From: a virus
Taxonomy: Duplodnaviria; Caudoviricetes
IMG/VR virus record: IMGVR_UViG_3300045974_000383
Location: 1-37,490 of that record
Reading direction: 5' to 3' (one strand)
DNA length: 37,490 bases
Shown: positions 9,704 to 16,662 of the stretch, piece after piece
How positions within the stretch are numbered: position 1 is the stretch's first letter
Layout: each line of letters begins with the position of its first letter
The notes under the pieces: generated by a model
Told to the model about the DNA's origin: nothing
The model's input: the letters and a program-made list of their open reading frames with translations, nothing else
Databases searched by the model: none
Made by a program: the position numbers and the translations under genes

Positions 9704-9899
9704 TGTTCAAGACCTCCTTTGATCTCTTGTGAGCTGCCTTGTTATCCTTGTAACGACGACGCTCTGCGCGTGTTATAAACTTTGAGCGGGTGTAGAGTTC
9801 ATCCATGATACCAGAAGAGCGGACTTTCTGGATGAAACGCTTGATAAGACGGTCTGGAGGCTCATTAGGACGAGCTTTGACCTGAAGTAAGTCACTCAT
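9690..9899 (-). CDS. rpsU: Ribosomal protein bS21 homologue
   Basis: MSDLLQVKARPNEPPDRLIKRFIQKVRSSGIMDELYTRSKFITRAERRRYK fits the bS21 pattern (VkvrenEpf..alrRFkr..ekaGvl.EvrrRe.yekps..Rkr.k). ATG 9899 overlaps the upstream stop (TAATG); 69 aa. Confidence 0.82.
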   Translation of the reverse strand: MSDLLQVKARPNEPPDRLIKRFIQKVRSSGIMDELYTRSKFITRAERRRYKDNKAAHKRSKEVLNNGTP

Positions 9900-10144
9900 T
9901 ATGGAAGGATAGTGAAGTGGATGTTTGGCCAACCAACCAGAATCTTATGGCCATCGTATTCGATATGCAGTCCAATCTGGTCATACCAGAGCTTGGAGCC
10001 CTTAGGCAGCTTGCTGGTGTCGCTGTGGACGCCGTTCAGGACTCTGGGGACCTGCATCGGCATGTGGAACCTCGCGTATGCAACCAAATTGCTCTCTGGT
10101 GTCGCGGTAGGCTCTGGAACTGCTTCTTTGATATCTTTTGCCAT
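9899..10144 (-). CDS. Hypothetical protein (first gene of the packaging operon)
   Basis: ATG 10144 with AGGAG RBS; 81 aa. The track start at 10234 lacks an RBS. Confidence 0.7.
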   Translation of the reverse strand: MAKDIKEAVPEPTATPESNLVAYARFHMPMQVPRVLNGVHSDTSKLPKGSKLWYDQIGLHIEYDGHKILVGWPNIHFTILP

Positions 10145-10536
10145 GTATGTTGCTCCTGTCTGTTTGTTTGTGCCCTGCAGGGATAGATAGAGGCTAGATG
10201 TGTCAAAAGACTGCTCTAAGCCTACGGCTGACAAGTCTAGTATGCACTGTGCTACTATCTTAGCACGTGGAGCCCTCTTCTATCCACGTGCTTACTATCT
10301 CCTGAAAAATGACCATTGAGTAGCGCGGGCTTATGTCCGAGGCACCGTGTTCTCCCCATCACTATTTCACTGAGAGTAAATGGCACCCACAGATCATTTC
10401 ACCCACGGTGTTTGACACACCATGTCATAAGTAGTACCCACCGTTAAGTCTAGAATGCCATGGTACCAAGGGAATCCGTACATTTTAGATATCATCTAAC
10501 GCCATCGTACCAATGAAACAAATATGTGTTTTTGAT

Positions 10537-10565
10537 TTTACTTCTCCGGTCAAGAGGTATATAAT
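10537..10565 (+). promoter_or_regulatory. Sigma70-type promoter P1
   Basis: TTTACT-17 nt-TATAAT; same TTTACTTC -35 box as three other sites. Confidence 0.85.
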
Positions 10566-10704
10566 CTTCTTATAAGGATGAAGGAAGGGGTTCTTGAAAC
10601 CCCGGGCGCTTGTAGGAGTTCCTCGTATTACGATCTTTCACAATCGAATAGCGTCAGACGCACTCTCCGCCACACCTGTCACCCACGCACCACCCGAGGT
10701 ACAA

Positions 10705-11214
10705 ATGACCACCACGAACGAGCAGTCCCTCAAGCCCTCCACGAACGAGGTCAGCACCCCGCCCGTGGAGGCTCAGGATCCCCTGGCCGTGCTCGCCGCA
10801 AAGCTCGCCGAGATGGAGGCGAAGCTCGCTGCCGCCACGGCTCCCGTCACCAAGGCCGCCGCCAAGAAGGGCATGCGGAACGACGACCACGTCGTGGCCA
10901 ACCGGGCCAAGGTCGTCCAGATGGCCAAGAAGCTCGGGCTCCGTCTGGAGGACACCAAGGGCTGGACCAAGATCATGAACGTCGACGAGAAGGTTCTCCG
11001 CCCGCGCATCTCGGTGTCCCGCAACGGCGAGACGATCTACTTCGTCGGGTACACGCCCGAGGGGTCCACGCCGATCTCCAAGGCCGCAGCCCAGAACGCG
11101 CACATCGGCTACGCCCGGGGTGAAATCGACCTGGACAACGCCAAGGTGTTCGAGGTCCTGAAGACGGCCATGGACATCGTCAAGAAGGCCAGCGCCACGA
11201 ACGAGGTCGAATAA
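10705..11214 (+). CDS. Hypothetical protein, 169 aa, strongly GC3-biased, monocistronic
   Basis: GAGG RBS before ATG 10705; nearly all codons end in G/C; flanked by promoter P1 and a terminator. Confidence 0.8.
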   Translation: MTTTNEQSLKPSTNEVSTPPVEAQDPLAVLAAKLAEMEAKLAAATAPVTKAAAKKGMRNDDHVVANRAKVVQMAKKLGLRLEDTKGWTKIMNVDEKVLRPRISVSRNGETIYFVGYTPEGSTPISKAAAQNAHIGYARGEIDLDNAKVFEVLKTAMDIVKKASATNEVE

Positions 11215-11220
11215 TCACCC

Positions 11221-11254
11221 AGCTCCACTCAGAACATCGGGTGGAGCTTTTTTA
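11221..11254 (+). terminator. Rho-independent terminator
   Basis: agctccact/ggtggagct stem followed by a T tract. Confidence 0.85.
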
Positions 11255-11814
11255 CGTTCAAAAACTGCATCCGTCGTGCGACACCCGACTCCCCCTGTCA
11301 CGCTTTGGAACGCTTTTGCCAAGCGTCGAATGCCCAGATTCGCTCCGTCGTTCGTCGAGGGTCAGATTTCGTCTTGAAATACGTCATATGTCACTCGACG
11401 GGCTCATAGTCTTGTTTGCTCGCCCAAATACGACGTTAATGAACTCAAACTGGCTCTGGCCCGAGCAACCCTTTGTTTGAGTGCATTTCTATTGCTCTAT
11501 TGACAGACGTACGCCAACATCAGTCCCCAGAGCTGCCGTTGCAGATAGCTGTAGCCCTACTACAGACAACAGACTGATTGCTCCATAGGCATACACGACC
11601 CACGACTGCCGACCATCTGTAGATGGAGCAGACTACTGAGACTGTCTGGAGTTTATTGTTCTGCTACCGGCGAGGGATATGCACTCGAACCGACATTCAA
11701 GAGATACATAACGCTTAGATACTGTCCTGCGTCGCCCCGTCTTGAATCCTTACCGATAAATAGAGCGTCCAACTGATATGAGCCTGGACGCTCTGTATGC
11801 TGCTCTACTGGCAG

Positions 11815-11889
11815 CTATCGACCTGGAGCGCCGTCCTTACCAGCACACGCACAGAGAGTGAGCATCAGAGCTACGATGAACGTCTTCAT
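11815..11889 (-). pseudogene. Truncated lipoprotein with collagen-like start (24 aa)
   Basis: MKTFIVALMLTLCACAGKDGAPGR*: signal peptide II with lipobox, then G-X-Y triplets, then an early TAG. Confidence 0.45.
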
Positions 11890-11890
11890 G

Positions 11891-12094
11891 TTATTCGACC
11901 TCCACGCTTGAAGGGCATGAGCTCTGGCGTACGAAGGTCTTCCAGAACTTGTTCCCGAAGTAGTCGTACTCGCACTTGATCCCTTGCTGGTACGTGACGG
12001 TTGTGACGAACTCGCTCCTTCCTGTCCAGTACGCCGTAGCAGCGTATGCGGCCGTAGCTGAGAACAGCAACAGAGCTGCAATGATCTTCTTCAT
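11891..12094 (-). CDS. Small secreted protein with two Cys
   Basis: Sec signal MKKIIAALLLFSATAAYA; AAGGGG RBS. Confidence 0.75.
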   Translation of the reverse strand: MKKIIAALLLFSATAAYAATAYWTGRSEFVTTVTYQQGIKCEYDYFGNKFWKTFVRQSSCPSSVEVE

Positions 12095-12110
12095 GGTTGT
12101 TCCCCTTGTT

Positions 12111-12239
12111 CTAGAAGTATCGACCTAGGTGTTTCTGGAGCTCTTCTTCCGTCTTCTTCCACCTCCTGCGCTGGATACGTTCTCCTTCGATAGCCACGAC
12201 GATGGTAAGTGCAGCTCCAAAGATGAAGAACCAGAACAT
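12111..12239 (-). CDS. 42-aa single-pass membrane protein
   Basis: Manual translation MFWFFIFGAALTIVVAIEGERIQRRRWKK...; TGATG overlap with the upstream stop; AGGAGG RBS. Confidence 0.7.
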   Translation of the reverse strand: MFWFFIFGAALTIVVAIEGERIQRRRWKKTEEELQKHLGRYF

Positions 12240-12514
12240 CAACGCCTCCTGTCATTGCTGGGTACGACGTGGATGATCCCTCTGCGATCGTGGTCTATCT
12301 GGTGCTTCCCCACGATCCAGACTCCATCGTCCCCCATCATGATGCACTGGGGAGCGATCTGAATGAAGTACATGATCGGTTGATCTCTGGCGGTGACGTA
12401 TCCGGCAACGAATCCTATCTCGTTGATGCCGAACCTCCAGGGAATCTTGACGTATATCCTATCTCCGATCTTGAACTTCAGTTCCTCCTGAGCCTGCTCG
12501 AGAGTGTACCTCAC
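12239..12514 (-). CDS. Hypothetical protein (SH3/KOW-like start KFKIGDRIYV)
   Basis: 91 aa, overlapping start/stop coupling. Confidence 0.6.
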   Translation of the reverse strand: MRYTLEQAQEELKFKIGDRIYVKIPWRFGINEIGFVAGYVTARDQPIMYFIQIAPQCIMMGDDGVWIVGKHQIDHDRRGIIHVVPSNDRRR

Positions 12515-12717
12515 TTGATCCTCTGTTCCATCCGGCAGAGCTTGGACCAGAGGTTGATGAGCTGATTCTCGAACTCATCGTCATTCAGGAACCCCTGCAT
12601 GTACTGCTCGGTGATCTTTGTTCCCTCCTCTGACGCCATGACTCTGGTGTCGGTAGCGGCCATCAGGAACACCTTGTGTCGGGTGGTAGCGGGCAGCTCA
12701 GCCATGTTCAACCTCAT
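12511..12717 (-). CDS. Hypothetical protein
   Basis: Translationally coupled within the operon. Confidence 0.6.
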   Translation of the reverse strand: MRLNMAELPATTRHKVFLMAATDTRVMASEEGTKITEQYMQGFLNDDEFENQLINLWSKLCRMEQRIK

Positions 12718-12947
12718 TACTGGTAGATCTGCTCGTCCAGGAGCTGGATGCTCTGGCGGATGGCGGTCGCTTCCTCGTTCATCCTCTGTGCAGCCAGTTC
12801 CTTGTTGGCGGCCTGCTCGAGCATGTAGCTCTTGGTGTGCTCGAACTTCGCCTTGAGGTCTTGGAACAGCTTCTCGTCAGCCTTGTTGAGCGCCCTCTGA
12901 GCTGCGAGCGCCTTACGAGCCTTCTTCAGAGCCTGCTGCTTCGTCAT
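12717..12947 (-). CDS. Hypothetical coiled-coil protein
   Basis: GGAGG RBS; first gene after promoter P2. Confidence 0.75.
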   Translation of the reverse strand: MTKQQALKKARKALAAQRALNKADEKLFQDLKAKFEHTKSYMLEQAANKELAAQRMNEEATAIRQSIQLLDEQIYQ

Positions 12948-12985
12948 TTTGTTTACCTCCAGGATGCTGGTTTTACATCTAAGAT

Positions 12986-13014
12986 ATTATAACATTAATG
13001 CAGGGCGAAGTAAA
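12986..13014 (-). promoter_or_regulatory. Sigma70-type promoter P2
   Basis: TTTACT-17-TATAAT with extended TG. Confidence 0.85.
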
Positions 13015-13054
13015 CCACTTAATCGACGGTGGTCACAAGTCGGAAAGCGCACAC

Positions 13055-13090
13055 AAAAAAAGAGCGGAGCCTCGCACTAGCGCTCCGCTC
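13055..13090 (-). terminator. Rho-independent terminator of the pilin operon
   Basis: gagcggagc/gctccgctc 9-bp stem plus T7 on the minus strand, 7 nt after the pilin B stop. Confidence 0.9.
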
Positions 13091-13097
13091 GGAATGC

Positions 13098-13694
13098 TTA
13101 GTACACGTCTTCTGGTGACGCCTTACACGTTCGGAACATCACGTTTTGGTAAGTTGTCGATGCGCTGTCGAAACAGCCTCCAGAGTTCTCTGTGTACCAA
13201 CCTATGATACCAGTCGGAATTGCGCTGCCACCGTATGTTTGAACATAAGCGATGGTGGCAATTCCATTGTCATATGTGTAGCCAGGACTTACCCAGTAGT
13301 AGACGGCAGGATTGCTGTCGCCATCGAGATCACAAATCGTAATGACCTCGTACTGGTTTGTGTCCGACATGACCTGGTACGCACAGTATGTTGAGACTGG
13401 TTGATCTGAGTCCAATACCGCTGCAATGTCTGCAGATGACCATCGCATTTTGTTCGAACCAATTCCGTCCATTGCTACAGCAGGAACGAGACTGGTGCTT
13501 TTAACGGTATATGAACCGCCAAGGCTTTTGAGCTGAAGGTTCTGAAGGATCAGCTTCTGCATGACCGTGACTTCGGCTGATTGAGCCCTGTACTTGAACT
13601 TCTGGTATGTCGGGATTGCCAACATAGCCAGAACTCCAACAACCAGCACCACGATCATGAGCTCGACGAGAGTGAACCCTTTCTGGTTTTTCAT
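13098..13694 (-). CDS. pilA: Type IVa pilin (pilin B)
   Basis: Class III signal peptide MKNQKG|FTLVELMIVVLVVGVLAMLAIPTY (G-1, F1, E5, P22); four Cys; CDLDGD motif. Confidence 0.92.
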   Translation of the reverse strand: MKNQKGFTLVELMIVVLVVGVLAMLAIPTYQKFKYRAQSAEVTVMQKLILQNLQLKSLGGSYTVKSTSLVPAVAMDGIGSNKMRWSSADIAAVLDSDQPVSTYCAYQVMSDTNQYEVITICDLDGDSNPAVYYWVSPGYTYDNGIATIAYVQTYGGSAIPTGIIGWYTENSGGCFDSASTTYQNVMFRTCKASPEDVY

Positions 13695-13706
13695 GAGGTC
13701 CCTTCT

Positions 13707-13991
13707 CTATTTCGACTTTGAACTGGCCGTCTGAATGAGACCATCAATGCGCTTGATGTGACTCAGCATCCGCTGTCTTTGCTCAGGTTCGATACGAGGA
13801 TTGCTATCGATTTCCCGAGCAAGCTGAGTCACATACAAGCTCATGTAGGCCATTCGTCTGACCCATGGAAGACCTCTGAGGATGTCAAGTCCTTTGTCTT
13901 CCATGAGCAGCCGATATTGCTCGGCTGCTTCCTCTTCCTTGGTCCGAAATGGAGTGATCGGACCTGTTACAAGCCTTCCGATCGTCTTCAT
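13707..13991 (-). CDS. Hypothetical cytoplasmic helical protein between the two pilins
   Basis: 94 aa, 6 nt after the pilin A stop; no TM or signal sequence. Confidence 0.7.
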   Translation of the reverse strand: MKTIGRLVTGPITPFRTKEEEAAEQYRLLMEDKGLDILRGLPWVRRMAYMSLYVTQLAREIDSNPRIEPEQRQRMLSHIKRIDGLIQTASSKSK

Positions 13992-13997
13992 TGGGAT

Positions 13998-14555
13998 CTA
14001 GAAGATCCCCTCGGCAGTGTTCTTGCAGACCGAGTCGAACGTTCCGGTGCACTCGTTGCCGAGCGTCACTCCTGATGGAGCCCTCAGAACGGGAGTGGCG
14101 CCCGATGCATCCGTCCACGGATGGACGAACAGGTACTGTGCAGTAACTGCATCACCGTCCACGTTGCAGTCGGCCTGGGCGTACCAGGCGCCGGTCTCGG
14201 TCGCCGCACCCTTGGCGACCTTGTAGCTGCAGAAGGCCGGCCCGCTGATCTGCACATCAAGACCAGCGAGTGCGGCCAGGTTCTCCGGCGTGAGCGCCAT
14301 CTTCGTGCCATCCGTCGCCGTTGGAGCGCGGGGGATGTCAGCGAAAGTGACGATGTTGCCGGTCTGCACGAACGAGAGCTGCTCGGCCTGAGCGAGAGCG
14401 CTCAGGTTCGAAGGCGCCTCGGCCAGCTTCGCCCTGTAGCCGAACTTCTGGTACGCCGGGATCGCCAGCGCCGCCAGGATGCCGATGATCATGACCACGA
14501 TCATGAGCTCGATGAGGGTGAAGCCGGACTGCTGCTTGCGGGTGTTCTTGTTCAT
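13998..14555 (-). CDS. pilA: Type IVa pilin (pilin A), 185 aa
   Basis: True start ATG 14555 with GAGG RBS: [11 protein letters not shown]|[27 protein letters not shown]; four Cys; CNVDGD motif; high GC3. Confidence 0.94.
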   Translation of the reverse strand: MNKNTRKQQSGFTLIELMIVVMIIGILAALAIPAYQKFGYRAKLAEAPSNLSALAQAEQLSFVQTGNIVTFADIPRAPTATDGTKMALTPENLAALAGLDVQISGPAFCSYKVAKGAATETGAWYAQADCNVDGDAVTAQYLFVHPWTDASGATPVLRAPSGVTLGNECTGTFDSVCKNTAEGIF

Positions 14556-14736
14556 GGTATGAACCTCAGGATGGGAGAGAGAACAAACTTCCAAGGTGAG
14601 GTCCCGTTCTGTAATGACAATCCTTCGTGCCATTACACCTTCTACGGAACTTATTCGGTTTTCAAGGAACTTAATCCGACAGGCTTCTGCATGGTGCAAA
14701 CCCGAAGGCCACGAGGCCTTTCCCAACCAATACCAG

Positions 14737-14765
14737 ATTATAAACCTTTTGAAATATGAAGTAAA
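14737..14765 (-). promoter_or_regulatory. Sigma70-type promoter P3 (pilin operon)
   Basis: TTTACT-17-TATAAT. Confidence 0.85.
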
Positions 14766-14831
14766 CCTCATAAAAAACAAAGCGACGATTCATTTTTGGG
14801 ACGACGTGTGACACAAGACATCATCTAAAAG

Positions 14832-14860
14832 TATCTTCTGGATGAAAAATATGATATAAT
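14832..14860 (+). promoter_or_regulatory. Extended -10 promoter divergent from P3
   Basis: TGaTATAAT with a weak -35 (TATCTT) at 17 nt. Confidence 0.6.
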
Positions 14861-14899
14861 GGTCTTTGGTGGATGGCACTTAAAGACTGGAGATCACAC

Positions 14900-15064
14900 A
14901 TGGACGAGAAGACTCGCAAGGCTCAGCTTCAGAACGATGTCCTGCGCTGGATGGTGCGGGCAGATGAGAAGCAACTCGAGGAGCTGGTGGTCTGGCTGTC
15001 AGGAATCAACACTGACATGCCCCTCACTCAATGGGACCACATGAAGCCGACGATGAGGGCGTAA
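14900..15064 (+). CDS. Hypothetical protein, 54 aa
   Basis: GGAG RBS before ATG 14900. Confidence 0.65.
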   Translation: MDEKTRKAQLQNDVLRWMVRADEKQLEELVVWLSGINTDMPLTQWDHMKPTMRA

Positions 15065-15373
15065 ATGAACGCTCTCTCTGTGCGCATGCCTGATGACAAG
15101 CACGCTCCGTACCTGCTCCTAGCTCTAAATGGAGCGGATGCACTCTCGACCATGCTGGGGATCACCTTCGGCGGATGGAGGGAAGCCAATCCAGTCATGC
15201 ACGCGTTCGTCAGCAATGGGTACATGCCCTTTGTGCTCGCCAAGCTTCTCATCGGCGGACTCATGATTGTTCAGGTTGGGAAGCTCAGGCCGAGAGCGTG
15301 CTGGTGGCTGTCGGCAGTGTTCTTCGTCGTTGTCAGTCGGAACCTTTGGATGCTCGCCCATCCGAAGCTCTAG
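15065..15373 (+). CDS. DUF5658-like membrane protein
   Basis: LNGADALST...GGWREANPVM...FVLAKLL motif and three hydrophobic segments. Confidence 0.7.
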   Translation: MNALSVRMPDDKHAPYLLLALNGADALSTMLGITFGGWREANPVMHAFVSNGYMPFVLAKLLIGGLMIVQVGKLRPRACWWLSAVFFVVVSRNLWMLAHPKL

Positions 15374-15387
15374 CGTCTACAAACTTG

Positions 15388-15416
15388 TTTACTTCCACCT
15401 TCAGGCGTGATATAAT
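15388..15416 (+). promoter_or_regulatory. Sigma70-type promoter P4
   Basis: TTTACT-17-TATAAT with extended TG. Confidence 0.85.
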
Positions 15417-15454
15417 CTTTGTATGGGCAATTACGCCCTTGCAAGGAGGACGTC

Positions 15455-15682
15455 ACGTTCTACCTCATAATGGCGATTCATGTGTTCTCACCACCTGAAC
15501 ATTACCTCATTCCGAACCCACCGCTCAAATTCAGAGACATGGGTCAATGCATGGAGGCAAGAGATCTGGTACTGAGCAATGAAGCAAAGATCAAAGATCG
15601 CATGGGGATCATAGAAGTCCTGGAGTGTTCTACATCGCCGATCGTTCCTTACGCTGTCTGGCGTGATGAACAGGCGTTCTAG
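15455..15682 (+). CDS. Small hypothetical protein (start ACG 15455 or ATG 15470)
   Basis: AAGGAGG precedes an in-frame ACG; hydrophobic N-terminus; two Cys. Confidence 0.55.
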   Translation, partial: TFYLIMAIHVFSPPEHYLIPNPPLKFRDMGQCMEARDLVLSNEAKIKDRMGIIEVLECSTSPIVPYAVWRDEQAF

Positions 15683-15689
15683 GAGAACA

Positions 15690-15773
15690 ATGGAACCAAA
15701 AGACGATGACGAAGGTTTCCACGATCCGTCAGACGATGCAGAGGCACTTCGCTGGAGGTACGATTCAGACTAG
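15690..15773 (+). CDS. 27-aa acidic peptide
   Basis: AGGAG RBS; MEPKDDDEGFHDPSDDAEALRWRYDSD*. Confidence 0.45.
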   Translation: MEPKDDDEGFHDPSDDAEALRWRYDSD

Positions 15774-16163
15774 GTACGGATTGTAGATCATCGTCAACTT
15801 AGAAGCGAGGCTTCTAACGTTCTCGTTTATGTGCGAACATACCGTCGGCCGACCTACGACATGCCAGAGCTTCTTCGCTACACCAAAGTCCCTGAAGGCA
15901 GACTTTACGTACACATAGTGCAGAACAGGTCCCTCTGAGCATATCCAACCGACGATAACTCCTTCCGACTTAGCGACCTGTATTGTCGCTCCTCTTTCAA
16001 CAAGACGTTCGATTAGACGGTGATGATACGAAAAGTACACGTCATTACGCACGTCGGCTGTCATAGGACTCTTTCTATTAGACTTGAGCCATGAAGAGTA
16101 AATGAAAGGCATCTCCACTTCTCCGCCCACGGGCCCAATTACAAGTGGAAGTTCAGTTGCCAC
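15765..16163 (-). CDS. GNAT-family acetyltransferase-like protein
   Basis: VIVGWI...LHYVYVKSAFRDFGVAKKL resembles GNAT motif A. Likely GTG start at 16163 with AAGGA RBS after the upstream stop. Confidence 0.7.
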   Translation of the reverse strand: MATELPLVIGPVGGEVEMPFIYSSWLKSNRKSPMTADVRNDVYFSYHHRLIERLVERGATIQVAKSEGVIVGWICSEGPVLHYVYVKSAFRDFGVAKKLWHVVGRPTVCSHINENVRSLASKLTMIYNPYLV

Positions 16164-16173
16164 TGGGAGGTCC

Positions 16174-16662
16174 TTAGTTGAGAGTTTGGATTCTGCTTGC
16201 AGGTTCATATATGCCGCGAACATTGAACTTGCTGGAGCCAGCATCAATGGTATCACCAACACGACAACCAAGAAGTCTAACTTGAACGTCCTCGTTGAAA
16301 CCTCTCCAGACTTGCTGCACGTGGTATGGAGCGACCTCTTCACCCTTATCATCGATCTCTACACCGACGATGAGACTGTCCTGGCTAATTGTTTCTGTTG
16401 GGATGATTTCACCAGCCTCAAGAGCAAGCTTGAGACCTTCCTGGACTTCTTTGACGCGTTCAACTTTGATCTGTGCTAACTTCTTTGAAACTTCCTCTTC
16501 AACCTTGTCTGTCATGCCAAGAACAGTTGTTAGAGCAATGAGTCTGTCAGTGATGATAGCCAACTGTTGGTTGAGCATCTCTACTGCAGTAAACACATCT
16601 TGCTTTAGCTGAGTGATCTCATCAGCTGGGGTCTTGATCGAGAATCTTGTTCGCTTTTTCAT
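16174..16662 (-). CDS. Hypothetical protein, coiled-coil N-terminus
   Basis: 162-aa ORF with AAGGA RBS. Confidence 0.7.
   Translation of the reverse strand: MKKRTRFSIKTPADEITQLKQDVFTAVEMLNQQLAIITDRLIALTTVLGMTDKVEEEVSKKLAQIKVERVKEVQEGLKLALEAGEIIPTETISQDSLIVGVEIDDKGEEVAPYHVQQVWRGFNEDVQVRLLGCRVGDTIDAGSSKFNVRGIYEPASRIQTLN

Noticed and set aside
10578-11123. Overlapping alternative-frame and antisense ORFs (also 14121-14759)
   Set aside because: Artefacts of high GC3 suppressing stops in other frames.
11650-11817. TAG readthrough/stop-codon recoding extending the lipoprotein
   Set aside because: The downstream frame lacks collagen periodicity, and all large genes are intact in code 11, so there is no sign of recoding.
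14556-14780. 75-aa N-terminal extension of pilin A in the ORF track
   Set aside because: It overlaps the promoter and leader; the RBS and class III signal peptide define ATG 14555.
16164-16352. Hydrophobic N-terminal extension of the GNAT
   Set aside because: It overlaps the upstream gene in another frame; there is a better RBS and GTG at 16163.
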